Positions 20,701 to 30,489 are shown, counted from the whole stretch's first letter. The stretch: DNA of 61,727 nt, filler included, from Candidatus Fermentibacterota bacterium (GCA_016928395.1; 6 parts of 6 records of this genome joined end to end with filler, not necessarily neighbours in it), one strand, 5' to 3'. Notes: generated from the sequence alone by a model not told the origin. Numbers and translations are program-made.

Positions 20701-20914
20701 CCGATGCCTCCGCGCCGGCGGTCTGGTCGCTGGCCCCGACCAACAGGTCGGCCCCGCCGTCGCCGGTGATGTCACCGATAGCACAGACGCTTGCACTGAA
20801 GTAGCTGTCGGCCTGAGGCTCCGGTGAGACCAAAGTCAGCGTAGGCTGAGCGGTAGCGGTGCCCGCAAGGGCACACAAGACCCCGGCGCGAAGAACGGAG
20901 CGAAATGGGTGCAT
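17750..20914 (-). CDS. Integrin-alpha/FG-GAP repeat protein (14 repeats) with PVELASF and T9SS-like CTD
   Basis: ATG at 20914 after GGAGG; signal peptide; 14 repeats of about 60 aa with FG..V...GDVxxDGxxD.IVGA; C-terminal VPVELASF domain and PRPNP...LHDLGGRE...SGAY tail. Confidence 0.92.
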   Translation of the reverse strand: MHPFRSVLRAGVLCALAGTATAQPTLTLVSPEPQADSYFSASVCAIGDITGDGGADLLVGASDQTAGAEASGAVYLFEGVTGDPFFTFHSAGPETWGNFGRSVDALPDANGDGYDDFIVGAWREDGAGISDAGRVYVFDGDLDAPDYTLVSPNPEVSGRFAWSAGLAGDVNNDGAPDIIVGAYIEDGGATNSGRAYVFDAQTGTLLWTFVSPNPEVTGRFGDSVSGAGDVDDDGYDDVIIGAGSEDGGTFDAGRAYVFSGQTGGLIYTFVSPNANITGFFGVAVDGVGDVDNDGYDDVIVGTQELVSGLQSAGRAYVFSGQTGALLHTLVSPSPEEWGFFGSDVLGIDDMNSDGRPDIIVSAAGEDGGATDAGRVYAFSGIDGSLLRIYMSPNSEEGGAFGVSIARVPDSNSDGCPELLVGASYEDGGATDAGRVYLLSGSDGSLLQTFVSPNAKEGGEFGVAVSAIGDLNGDGVSDALVGGFWEDGGATESGTAYLFSGSDASLIQAIGSPSPESPGFFGGVLFSVGDATADGMDDFVIGASYEDGGGVLNAGKVYFFSGDLGAPRLTLVSPNAQSNGRFGCAVAHAGDVDDDGDPDLVVGAYGETVSGQPAAGRAYVFDAGTGTLLRTLVTPDPTWAGRFAWSVAGAGDVDNDGFDDVIIGADSEYGGAGGAGIAYVFSGQTGGILHTLTSPNAASGGSFGTCVSSAGDVNHDGHADVTVGSTENHDGYSSSGRAYVFDGQTGGSLYTLVSPNPGDWGFFGASLANAGDVDNDTYDDIIAGASGENGGQTESGRVYLFSGATGTLMASLVSPTPEEYGHFGAAVAGIGDRDGDGFDDLLIGALYEDGGAAGSGKAYVFSGTVVPVELASFEAVATSGASVTLRWTTASEEGNLGFHLLRSDGADAPRRQVSPEMIPGAGTCAAPTSYEYVDRVPGPGTYRYWLEQLDVGGTKTTYGPALALVKPHVVAMRGPRPNPARREVQITMQIPDDPSTPARLALHDLGGREVIMLRDDLAVGIHEITWVIPERIASGAYQLVVRHGHGVATQALIIK

Positions 20915-21199
20915 GAGACCCTCCATCGTGTAGGTGACGGCAGTGGCGGCCTGGTACGCCTCGAGCGCCTGTGTGGTGGAGTTGTCCACACCAGCCGGTG
21001 AAGCCTGACGGTGATCGTGCATGGTAGGGCGGGGTTGTCATGAACACAAGGCCAACATCACAGGGCAGGCGACGAGAACTCGCCCGGTTCGCCTCTCGGA
21101 CGATACATGGCAGGCAGCGGGCCTAGTCGATTTTCCACGGACAATCGGCACCGTGAGCCTTCAAGCCTTCCTTGCCAAGCGTGCAGCGCGCCGGATATC

Positions 21200-24100
21200 T
21201 CAGGACACCCCGATCACATTGTCGCTCGGCACCCGGTCGATGAGCACGTTCCTGGGGTCGATGCCCGCTCTAATGGGGCGCTCCTGCACGACAACCTCGA
21301 CAGTGCTCTTCCCACTGGGGATGACGTGAAACTCCCGGTACAGCGTGGTCTCCTCCGATGTGCCATTGACTGTCGAAGCCCCGAATACGCCGATCTCAAT
21401 TCGGTCATTGTGTGAAATCTCCGCTTCCAGACCCAGGCTGTCGGCTCGGAACTTGTGGCTTTCCACCTCCATCGTGAGGGCATACGTGCCGTCTGATCGC
21501 TCCTCGACCCGGGCGACTGCGGCCCTGTTGTCGTAGAGGGTAATGGCCTCGAACAGGTCCTCGATCAGGTACTGATACTCCGCGGGTGTGGCCTCCCGGA
21601 GGTAGTCGACCAGGACCCGCGCGGTGGTGTAAGGCGGCTTCTGATAGGCATGATCCGCAAGGAATCGGCGTAGAGCCCCGTTGAGCGCCTCCTCGCCGAT
21701 GTAGGTGCGCAGGGCATAGAGCGCGAGCCCGCCTTTGCTGTAGTAGAGGTAGGGCTGGTCGGCTACCCGCACCAGGGGGTCTTCGCCGATCTTCTCGAGA
21801 CCGCGGCCCTCCAGGTAGCGATCCATTTCGTACTTGAGGAACTTCCGCATCTGATCCTGGCCGAAGTCTTTCTCCATGACCATGAACGCGGAGAACTGGG
21901 TCACCGACTCGATGATGAACAGCGCTCCCTCCACATCGGCGCTGCATACCTGATGGCCCCACCACTGATGCGCCATCTCGTGGGCCGTGACGAAGAACAG
22001 CATGTCGAGGTTCTCGGGATCGCGCAGGTCGTCGATGAAGTGGGCGCTCTCGGAGTAGGGGATCGTGTTCGGGAGCGACTGGGCGAATGACCGGTATCGG
22101 GGGAACTCGACGATCCGCACCTGGCGGAACTGGTAGGGGCCGTAAGTCGCGGTGTAGTAGTCCAGCGATTTCCGCACCGCGTCGATCATCCGGCCGATGT
22201 TGAAGTCATGGGCATGATGATGGTACACCTCGATGGCCACATCGCCCCACTGATCCCGTGCCACCTCGTACCTTCCCGATAGCACCGCCCAGAGATTGAC
22301 GATCGGGCAGTCCATCTGGTAATGGAAGTAGCGGCGCCCGTCCTCCGTCCATTCCCGCTGCAGATAGCCGGGGGCGATGGCGAACTGATCAGGCGCGGTG
22401 CTGATCACCGCCTCGAAGTCTATCCATGAGGCGTCATGGCAAAGGTCCATCCGCTCCCGCCCCCGTGGATCGTCCACCGGCAAGCGCCGGTTCCGCGGCG
22501 GAAGCCCGTGCTTCTTGCGGTCTCGCGGCTCCGTCAGCTCCCGGGTGCGATCATACCCCAGCCGGGGGATGCACTCGGTATTGTCGAAGAACGTCCCATT
22601 GGTTACCACCTCGGTGTTCGGATCGTTGTTCACGAAGCCCCGGGGCTGGATGGCGAGGTCGAAGCCGATGTCCACGGAGTCCCCCGGGACGATGGGACAC
22701 TCAAGCGCGCAGATGCGGTACCCGATCTCGCGATCGTCCACTGCCACGGTGTGCGGCGGCAGGGAAAGCCCATTGATCAGGAGCTCGCGGTGGAGGAGCA
22801 TGTGCAGCGTGTCGATGGGCTGGTAGGTGCGGTTCACCGCGTGGAGAGTCCCCCGGATGCGAACCAGCGGTTCCTCGGGGAAGAGGTCGGCCTGTATCGA
22901 AACCGACGTCACAGGGGGCTGCGAGACCTGTTCATACCGCTTGTACCGCTGCTCGTATAGAGCTGCACGACGCTCCGTGCGCTTCTCCGTCTCGAAGTCA
23001 TTCAGCACCGCGGTATTGTAGTAGATCCAGACGCCGGTCCCGATGAACCCTCCGAGCAAGAGGACCCCGGCGATGCCGCTCGCAGGGCTGAGCCGCCGCT
23101 GCGCCTCGCGGAGGCGGCCGCGCCAGCGTACGTCTGTTCCCCGCACCCAGAGAAGCCGCGCGGCGATCACCAGAAACGCGGCCAGGAAGGCCCAGTAGAT
23201 CCGATACCAGAGAAGGGCGGCTCCGTACGGACCATAGCCGTTCATGTCGGAGTAGATGGCCCGCGGCGCCTTGCTGAACAGGTAGAGACGGTGGGTGAGG
23301 CCGACCTCCGGCAGAACCTCGGTGCTGAGGAAGTACATGATCATCACAAAGAAGCCCAGGTTCCGGCTGTTGGTGATCACGTGGGCGGTGAGGGCCAAGA
23401 CGGCGACGATGGCCCACTCGCTCAGGGAGACCACAAACAACCCCTTGAGGTAGAGCCCATGCTCGAACGCCGTATACCCCTTGATCACCTGGATGATCAT
23501 GGTCGTCGCCATGCCCGCGGCCGTCACCATAAACGCGACGACCAGCAGGGCGGAGAGCTTCGAGCCCAAGACCATCCAGTCGGGCACCGGGTAGCTGTCG
23601 AGCACCTCAGCCAGCCGCACCCTCCGCTCGCGCCACACCAGGTGCGCCCCGTAGAGTGCCAGCACTAGGAAGAGGAAGAGGTCATAGCCCCCGGCGATTG
23701 CCTGCAGCATCCGGCGGGTCACGGGGTAGATCTCCGATCCGCCCGGTTCCGCAATGATGTTGCTCGCCAGGTTCATGATGCCAAGACCGAGCAGCACCAT
23801 GAATGGCACACCCCGGACGACGCCGCCGACCTCGTCACGCACCATGCAAAGCGCCTGGGTCCATCGCGCCGTAGCGTCGAAGCGGGGGCGCACGGCGGGG
23901 ATCGGCGCCGCGTCTCGCGGCGCGCCCGACGCCAAGGCCCGCGGATGGCGTAGGGAACGGCCCAGGCCCGTCGGGAGCATCATGCGGTACCGCGACCACG
24001 TGACCGCGAGGATGGCGATGCCCACTGCGGTCCATAGCAGGCGATTGGCCAGGAACGCGCCGGCGACCGGGAGGAGACGAAGATTCTTGTCCGCCACGGT

Positions 24101-24769
24101 CCAATAGCGGGTCACCAGCCGCAGCGGCATGAGTCCCAGCGGATCGACGAGCGAGGCAATGGTCTGATTCTCCAGGTCGCCGAGGAAGTTGAGGGAGATG
24201 CCCCACCCCGTGAAGAAGGCAACCATCGCTACCCACGCCCACAACACCGTTCGGCTCAGGGTCGCCACCGAGAACAGCAGGGCGCCGGCGAAGAGCAGGT
24301 TCGGGATGACGAAGGCGAACAGCCCCTGGAGATAGGGCGCCAGGTTGAATGGCAGGATCCGCTCGGGATCCTGCCATGGCATGTAGCTGGCGACGACAAT
24401 GCCCAAGGATCCCGCCATCACGGCCAGAGCAGTGGGGATCACGGCTCCGAGGAAGCGCCCGGCTAGATAGTCGTGTGTGCGGAGCGGTGTGCTGAAGAAC
24501 AGCTCCTGGATCTCGTGCTCATGGTCCCGGTTCACCGCCGAGGTGACGAACAGGGTCACCAAGACGACCCCCACGGCGCTCAGCGTACCAAGGAGGTTGA
24601 TGATCACATAGGGCGCGTTGCGACATACATTGCCGATGGCGCCGCCCACCTGCACCGAATCGGTGGATACCGCGCCAAAGGCCATCAGGAAGAACAGGCC
24701 CGCGAAGACATAGAGCAGCGGTTGCCTCAACCGATACGCGACCTCGAAACGGATGATTTCGCGAAACAC
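21200..24769 (-). CDS. ABC-2 permease / M1 aminopeptidase fusion
   Basis: Two multi-TM permease halves followed by a gluzincin domain with AHEMAHQWW...E and YYSKG. Confidence 0.92.
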   Translation of the reverse strand: MFREIIRFEVAYRLRQPLLYVFAGLFFLMAFGAVSTDSVQVGGAIGNVCRNAPYVIINLLGTLSAVGVVLVTLFVTSAVNRDHEHEIQELFFSTPLRTHDYLAGRFLGAVIPTALAVMAGSLGIVVASYMPWQDPERILPFNLAPYLQGLFAFVIPNLLFAGALLFSVATLSRTVLWAWVAMVAFFTGWGISLNFLGDLENQTIASLVDPLGLMPLRLVTRYWTVADKNLRLLPVAGAFLANRLLWTAVGIAILAVTWSRYRMMLPTGLGRSLRHPRALASGAPRDAAPIPAVRPRFDATARWTQALCMVRDEVGGVVRGVPFMVLLGLGIMNLASNIIAEPGGSEIYPVTRRMLQAIAGGYDLFLFLVLALYGAHLVWRERRVRLAEVLDSYPVPDWMVLGSKLSALLVVAFMVTAAGMATTMIIQVIKGYTAFEHGLYLKGLFVVSLSEWAIVAVLALTAHVITNSRNLGFFVMIMYFLSTEVLPEVGLTHRLYLFSKAPRAIYSDMNGYGPYGAALLWYRIYWAFLAAFLVIAARLLWVRGTDVRWRGRLREAQRRLSPASGIAGVLLLGGFIGTGVWIYYNTAVLNDFETEKRTERRAALYEQRYKRYEQVSQPPVTSVSIQADLFPEEPLVRIRGTLHAVNRTYQPIDTLHMLLHRELLINGLSLPPHTVAVDDREIGYRICALECPIVPGDSVDIGFDLAIQPRGFVNNDPNTEVVTNGTFFDNTECIPRLGYDRTRELTEPRDRKKHGLPPRNRRLPVDDPRGRERMDLCHDASWIDFEAVISTAPDQFAIAPGYLQREWTEDGRRYFHYQMDCPIVNLWAVLSGRYEVARDQWGDVAIEVYHHHAHDFNIGRMIDAVRKSLDYYTATYGPYQFRQVRIVEFPRYRSFAQSLPNTIPYSESAHFIDDLRDPENLDMLFFVTAHEMAHQWWGHQVCSADVEGALFIIESVTQFSAFMVMEKDFGQDQMRKFLKYEMDRYLEGRGLEKIGEDPLVRVADQPYLYYSKGGLALYALRTYIGEEALNGALRRFLADHAYQKPPYTTARVLVDYLREATPAEYQYLIEDLFEAITLYDNRAAVARVEERSDGTYALTMEVESHKFRADSLGLEAEISHNDRIEIGVFGASTVNGTSEETTLYREFHVIPSGKSTVEVVVQERPIRAGIDPRNVLIDRVPSDNVIGVS

Positions 24770-24771
24770 CG

Positions 24772-25653
24772 CTACACGTCCTGGCCGTTGTGCGAAAGGT
24801 AGGTGAAGTAGACGTCCCGCAGGTCGGGCTCCACGGCATCAAAGGTCGAATCAGGCTGCGTTTCACTGTAGATGTGAAGGATGGTGGCGCCCCCCGCCAG
24901 GCGTCTCGACAGCACCACGTACCGCTCCTCGAACTGGGCCTGCTCCACTCGGTCAATGACCCGACGCCACGTCTTCCCCCGGATGCCCGCGATGGCATCC
25001 TGGGGACTGCCACTGTAGCGGACCACCCCGTGGTCGATGATGGCCATGGACGTGCACAATTCGCTCACGTCCTCGATGATGTGCGTAGAGAGAATCACCA
25101 CGACATTCTCCCCAATCTCGCTCAGCAGATTCAGGAATCGCTCCCGCTCTTCCGGATCCAGTCCGGCAGTGGGCTCGTCCACGATGATGAGCTGCGGTGA
25201 TCCCAACAGCGCCTGAGCCACACCGAATCGCTGCCGCATGCCGCCGGAGAAAGTGCCCAGCTTGCGCTTCCGGTCATGCCACAGGTTGGTGCGCCTCAGC
25301 AGCGTTTCCACCGAGGCGGCCCGCTCCCGGCGGGAGGTGAGGCCCTTGAGCACCGCGAAGTGGGCCAGGAGACTCTCGGCGCTCACCCCGGGGTACACGC
25401 CGAAATCCTGGGGCAGGTAGCCCAGAACCTTGCGGACCTCCTCCTTTTCCGCGCGCGCGTCAAGGCCATTGAACCGGATAGTGCCGCCGTCGACCTCCTG
25501 CAGGGTGGCGATGGAGCGCATCAAGGTGCTCTTGCCCGCCCCATTGGGCCCCACCAAGCCGAACATGCCCCTGGGTATGGTGAGCGACACATCCTTCAGG
25601 GCCTGGACGCCATTGTGGTATGTCTTGCTGAGGTTCTGTATGACGAGCTCCAA
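24772..25653 (-). CDS. ABC transporter ATP-binding protein
   Basis: TTG at 25653 after GAGGAGG; Walker A GPNGAGKS, signature FSGGMRQR, Walker B IIVDEP, H-loop STH. Confidence 0.95.
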   Translation of the reverse strand: MELVIQNLSKTYHNGVQALKDVSLTIPRGMFGLVGPNGAGKSTLMRSIATLQEVDGGTIRFNGLDARAEKEEVRKVLGYLPQDFGVYPGVSAESLLAHFAVLKGLTSRRERAASVETLLRRTNLWHDRKRKLGTFSGGMRQRFGVAQALLGSPQLIIVDEPTAGLDPEERERFLNLLSEIGENVVVILSTHIIEDVSELCTSMAIIDHGVVRYSGSPQDAIAGIRGKTWRRVIDRVEQAQFEERYVVLSRRLAGGATILHIYSETQPDSTFDAVEPDLRDVYFTYLSHNGQDV

Positions 25654-26206
25654 GGTTCCTCCTCGCATGGCATGGGCCAGGGCGACTCCGGAGTGGCAGT
25701 GCGACCGTGTCTCGGCTGCGCCGTATCCGGGCGACACGTTCGTCTACTCCACGTGACGCACCGCGCACGCAATTGGTTTCGTCGTGGTAGCTGATCCGGG
25801 TTCATTGGGGCCTCTGAAAGCGCTGAGCGCGCTCATCCTTCTTACGGTTGAGAGTATGCCGCGAACCCTTGTGGAGTGCGGAGGCAAGGTCCGGCACTAC
25901 TGGGTGCGGGGGATTCCGAGGGCGTGCGCGGAGTCGTGCACCTTGGGAGATGGGGCACCGTCGCCTCGTCGGGGCGACCGCCAACTGGCACGGGGTCGTT
26001 GTCGCTATCGTGGTCGTATCACAGTCGAGAGCCGGGCATCCGAGCACGAGTAGAAGCTACTCCATGTTCTCTGGAACAAGCGGGGCTCTGAGGGCCTGTG
26101 CCCTCAGCTCTTTCAGGGCCAGGGGGCGTGGCGGGAGCGACTGCGGGAGCGACTGCAGAACGATATGAGTCGATCACGCGATCCCCCCACCCCCGGGCTC
26201 CCTCGA

Positions 26207-28237
26207 TCAGGGCAGACTTCGGTTGACGAGGCCGACGATGGTGCCCCAGGGGGTCACATACGACGCATTGCGGGCGCGGCCCCGGAAAAAGCAGGCCGTA
26301 TCGGGAATGACGGCATCCTCCGTGATCAACAGTGCCGTCTCCGGTGGAGCTACTGTGTGCCACAGAAGGCTGTCGCACCAGTAGAACGCCGCCGCAGACC
26401 GGTAGATATCATACAGTGTCGCCGCGGGGACCGGCAGCCACTGTATCCGTACGGTATCCGGCATCGTGTGACCGACTCGCAACTCCATGGGTTCGAAGTA
26501 GCCCGTCAGCCTTGCAGCCCCGCTGTCCGTGCAGCAGATCACGGAACCCAGGGAATCCCTTGGATCCATCCTGAGGCGATTGACGCCAAGGGAGGGCAGC
26601 CCCTGGTTCACCGGAGTGAGAAGACCAATCTCCCGAGTCCACACGGCCACGCCCGCGGTGTCGCCTGGCTCGCGCCATCCCGTGAACACGACGCCGTGGC
26701 TGTCCGCAACCGCCGCGCGCAGCCCAGGAGCGCCCAGCACGTGGGTCCACGTGGCGCCATGGTCCTCCGATTCCCACAGGCCCGCCGCAAAGCCGGTACT
26801 CGATTCCACGGCGAGCAGGCCTCCGCCGGCGACGATGGCGATATCCGTCACCAGAAGCGGCACCGGGGTCGCCTGCTGCCATGGCTGGCGCCGGTACCCA
26901 TAGAGACGGGCAGGGGTGCCGCCCGGTTCTTCGCTGACCGTATAATAGCCCATGAGATTGGGCATCCAGCACACCGCCTCCCCCTGTGGTTCCTGCACAT
27001 AGGGGAGGGGTGTCCGCGAGGAACCGAAGGCCTCGTCAACTGATTCCCCCGGGCTCCTTGCCCAATGGAAGATCTGACCGTAGGTCTTGATCAGTATCTC
27101 TCGCCCGGAGGCAGACACATCCCCTCCCACCGCGGCGCCTCCCAGATCGGAAAGCTCCGCAACCTGCTCGAGGACCATTGTCTCTGAGGTCGACTGAGGA
27201 TAGGCCGCGCGGAAAACCCGGGCGATGCCGCCGGCCTGCTTGGTCACGACGAACAGATCTCCCGTAGGAGAGTCAACGAGCAGTGTCTCGGCATTGTAGC
27301 GAACACCACTGGGATACCTGAACGTGATACGTTCCACTCCGTAGATGGTCTCGGCAACCGGAGGCTGCGAAGGTGAAACGCTCGGTTCCTCGATCATGTA
27401 GATGTATTTGTCCTCATACACGCCGTTGTTGTCCCCGAAGTCTGCGATGTAGAGCAGGTAACGGTCTGCCGTCGTGTTGTAGCCGATGGCCATGTCTTCC
27501 CAATCCCGGTTCGCAGCGCCGGCAACCGTGTATGCGCCGAGATGGGTGCCGTCGTCTGACAGTGCGTAAATGACATTGGGGTTCCCCGAGTCATTGTGGG
27601 TCCACAGCACGCCGGGATTCCTCCTGCTGGCCGCGATCCCCGATGCCTCGTCTATGGCGCCATGCTCCACGAGGCCCAGGTCGATTCTGCTCCCGAACTG
27701 CATGGCGGTGGCATGATCGGCATAGAAGACCGCGGTGTCGGCCGCCAAAACCATGCATGACTCGCAAGAAGCCGACGCATACGCCGCGAGCACGGCCGGG
27801 GCGTCCATCGCGAGCCAGTCCACCGCGTTGGTGGAGAGCGCCAGTCCTGCCGCGCTGCCGGCGACATAGGCGTTCCAGAATGCCGTGTGATGGATGAATT
27901 GCGGAAACGGACATGCGTACACTGGGGCAAAACCGTGATCTTCAAAGTGAAACTGGTAGATGCCATCGGCGCCAGCGCCCTCACCCATGATGAGGAGTAT
28001 GGCGGTGCTATCGAGCGGGCATGCTCCCCGGCACGGGAGGCCTCCATGGGAGTAGGTCTCCCACTCGCCAACTCCCTCCAGGACCACACACGAATCTGCG
28101 CAGAGCACGCTGGAAAACGCACCCGAGGAAAGGGCGCACCAGTCGTGTGTGTTGAGACCGGGAGGCCCCACGGGTGTCCACGTGTAGGCGAGTCCGCGGC
28201 TGATGAGCAATGCAACTAGGATGCTTCCGGCTTTCAA
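26207..28237 (-). CDS. Secreted multi-domain beta-propeller protein with a C-terminal FN3-like domain
   Basis: Signal peptide; EASGIAAS...WTHNDSG...DWED...DFGDN...PQGEA propeller domain; Asp-box-like WESEDHGATW; ends VGLVNRSLP. Confidence 0.75.
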   Translation of the reverse strand: MKAGSILVALLISRGLAYTWTPVGPPGLNTHDWCALSSGAFSSVLCADSCVVLEGVGEWETYSHGGLPCRGACPLDSTAILLIMGEGAGADGIYQFHFEDHGFAPVYACPFPQFIHHTAFWNAYVAGSAAGLALSTNAVDWLAMDAPAVLAAYASASCESCMVLAADTAVFYADHATAMQFGSRIDLGLVEHGAIDEASGIAASRRNPGVLWTHNDSGNPNVIYALSDDGTHLGAYTVAGAANRDWEDMAIGYNTTADRYLLYIADFGDNNGVYEDKYIYMIEEPSVSPSQPPVAETIYGVERITFRYPSGVRYNAETLLVDSPTGDLFVVTKQAGGIARVFRAAYPQSTSETMVLEQVAELSDLGGAAVGGDVSASGREILIKTYGQIFHWARSPGESVDEAFGSSRTPLPYVQEPQGEAVCWMPNLMGYYTVSEEPGGTPARLYGYRRQPWQQATPVPLLVTDIAIVAGGGLLAVESSTGFAAGLWESEDHGATWTHVLGAPGLRAAVADSHGVVFTGWREPGDTAGVAVWTREIGLLTPVNQGLPSLGVNRLRMDPRDSLGSVICCTDSGAARLTGYFEPMELRVGHTMPDTVRIQWLPVPAATLYDIYRSAAAFYWCDSLLWHTVAPPETALLITEDAVIPDTACFFRGRARNASYVTPWGTIVGLVNRSLP

Positions 28238-28512
28238 CTCCCTACCTCCTGCGCGAAACCATGCTCCGCCACCTGGGATCAGACGTCCTCAGGTCAATAT
28301 ACTCTCCCGCGTCAGGCGCACCGGGGTCTTGGATGTGCTCGTGTGCCCTGCTGAATGATCTCTCATGTTTCCGCGCATTGATCTCAAGGGGGTCTCCGAG
28401 GGCACCCTCAGGGATTGTCTGGGGTGAGGCGGGGAATCCCTCGCTTCGCAGGTCAGGTACGGAAGCCGGCGTCCAAGGTCCTTTCTCGAAGCAGATGCAG
28501 GCGTGTGAATTC

Positions 28513-29022
28513 TCAGTCGTCAGCGGCACTCAGCACAAGTCGCAGAGCCTCGCAGCCCACCGTGTCACAGATCTGTTCGACATTGTCGGTGTAGGCCGAG
28601 TTGTGGCTCATGATGGCATCCTTAACCATGAACGTGGAGAAATCGAGATCCTTGGCGGCGTGATACGTGGCAAGGACGCACATCACGGCGCTCAATCCGG
28701 TCACGAAGACGGTGTTGCACCCCTCATCCCGCAAGAGCTTCTCCAGTTCTGTCTTCTTGAAGGCGTTGGGGTGGTTCTTGACTATCTGTGGATCATCCGG
28801 TCGCACCGCCACGCTGGCGGGAAACTCGAATGGTTCGGTTCCCGGTGCAGGGCCCCGTAGCGGATCGGTGTGGTAGACCCGTATCACCGGAAACTTATGT
28901 TCCCTGAAGAGCCCGATGACGACATTGATCATCCACAACCCGACTCTCCGGTCCCACTCGGGCACCTGGTTCAGGAATTCGTTCTGAATGTCGATAACCA
29001 GCAAGGCGGGTTTCGGCTTCAC
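28513..29022 (-). CDS. Isochorismatase-family cysteine hydrolase
   Basis: ALLVIDIQNEF, K-N-H-P-N-A-F and MCVLAT supply the Asp-Lys-Cys triad. Confidence 0.92.
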   Translation of the reverse strand: MKPKPALLVIDIQNEFLNQVPEWDRRVGLWMINVVIGLFREHKFPVIRVYHTDPLRGPAPGTEPFEFPASVAVRPDDPQIVKNHPNAFKKTELEKLLRDEGCNTVFVTGLSAVMCVLATYHAAKDLDFSTFMVKDAIMSHNSAYTDNVEQICDTVGCEALRLVLSAADD

Positions 29023-29251
29023 CGAGGTTCCTCCTTCGTGTGAAAGGCAACCCGCGCATCCAGGCCTCGTGACCGTACTGCGCGGCCGCCCCGTCGCTCT
29101 CGATGCGTTACCGTACGCATGGACCAGTGCCCGAGGCGCATCGTCCCCGTCCTGGCACCCCTCTTCACTTCTTTACCTTCTCCTTGCGAGATGCCTTCGT
29201 GCGCAACCCCAGTTCAAGGCTGACCCGCGCGCCCCGCGAAAGAAAGACGAC

Positions 29252-29968
29252 CTAGTCCCGCCGTCGCCCCCCGCCGATGAGGCCCAGCCGAACCAGCCAG
29301 TAGAGCAGCGTCAAGAGCGACGTCACGAAGGCCGCCACGTAGGTCAGGGCGGCAGCGCTCAGCACGCGCCGGGCCCCGGCGACTTCGTCGGCCGGTATCA
29401 CGCCCCCCGATTGGAGAGAGGCCAGCGCCCGGCGGCTCGCATCGAATTCCACCGGCAACGTGATCAGGGTGAACGCCGTTGTCGTCGCAAACATGAGTAT
29501 GCCGACTGTGGCCAGAGTCCTGCCCAGAGCGGTTGCCATGCCGCCCATCCCCAGCGCTGCAATGATCACGAACATCGACACGCCGCCACCGAGGTTAGCG
29601 ACGGGGACCCACGCCGAGCGGAATCTCAGCGGGCCATAGCTCTGTGCATGCTGGATGGCGTGACCGACCTCGTGTGCGGCGACACCGGCCGCCGCGATGC
29701 TGCGTCTCGCGTACACGTCCTCACTGAGTCGCAACTTCCGGATCCTCGGATCATAGTGATCAGTGAGGGAACCCTGAACCCCCTCGATGGTGACGCCGTC
29801 GATGCGATTGATCTCGAGGATGCGGCGCGCCACGTCCGCCCCGGTCAGCCCGCTGCGGGTAATCTCCTGCGAATAGCGTGAGAATGTCGACTTCACCCGG
29901 AACTGGGCCCACAGGCTCAGCAGCATTCCCGCTCCGATCACCAGCCAGTAGAGAGGATCGAAATACAT
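29252..29968 (-). CDS. Membrane zinc metallopeptidase, YugP-like
   Basis: LTDHYDP, AAHEVGHAIQ, TLPVEFDASRRA and AAALTYVA motifs. Confidence 0.93.
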   Translation of the reverse strand: MYFDPLYWLVIGAGMLLSLWAQFRVKSTFSRYSQEITRSGLTGADVARRILEINRIDGVTIEGVQGSLTDHYDPRIRKLRLSEDVYARRSIAAAGVAAHEVGHAIQHAQSYGPLRFRSAWVPVANLGGGVSMFVIIAALGMGGMATALGRTLATVGILMFATTTAFTLITLPVEFDASRRALASLQSGGVIPADEVAGARRVLSAAALTYVAAFVTSLLTLLYWLVRLGLIGGGRRRD

Positions 29969-30441
29969 GGCTCTGCCTCCCGTGGGTCACCAGCGGACCC
30001 TCATGCACGAGACTCGTGCGATCGCCCTGGGCCTCAACCGCGCTCACCGTGCTGTCCGCACCAAACCGTCACTACGCCTTAGAGGCCACCGAGCGGCTCA
30101 TCACTCCCCGCAGCTCTTCCAGCGCTGCGTTCGTCATTCCTTGTGCCCGTAACGAGATGCGTCCCAAAATGGACGCACAACTCGCAACGGAACAAAGGAA
30201 AGAAGCAGAGGCAGTTCTGGCGGGTCAAGCCGGAGGAAAGGGGAGAATACGAGGTTCTGGACGTGAAGCCAGTGAGGGTCGCCATCGGCGGGTGAGCACG
30301 GGGATAGTGTCAGCCGATACTATCAATGTGGCATCCGTCGATGTTCACATCCCTGCAGCCTCCAACAGCCACGCCCATGGCAGCCCACGCATCGCTCTAC
30401 GCCGGTGCGCGGGGGGCTTGGGCCATCGCCGCCGAACTGCA

Positions 30442-30470
30442 CTGGCCCCACGGCGGCGCCGTGGGGCCAG
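30442..30470 (-). terminator. GC-rich hairpin downstream of 30490-32589
   Basis: 13-bp stem CTGGCCCCACGGC / GCCGTGGGGCCAG about 20 nt after the stop; no strong U tract. Confidence 0.55.
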
Positions 30471-30489
30471 CGAAACGGAGACAAGACCG

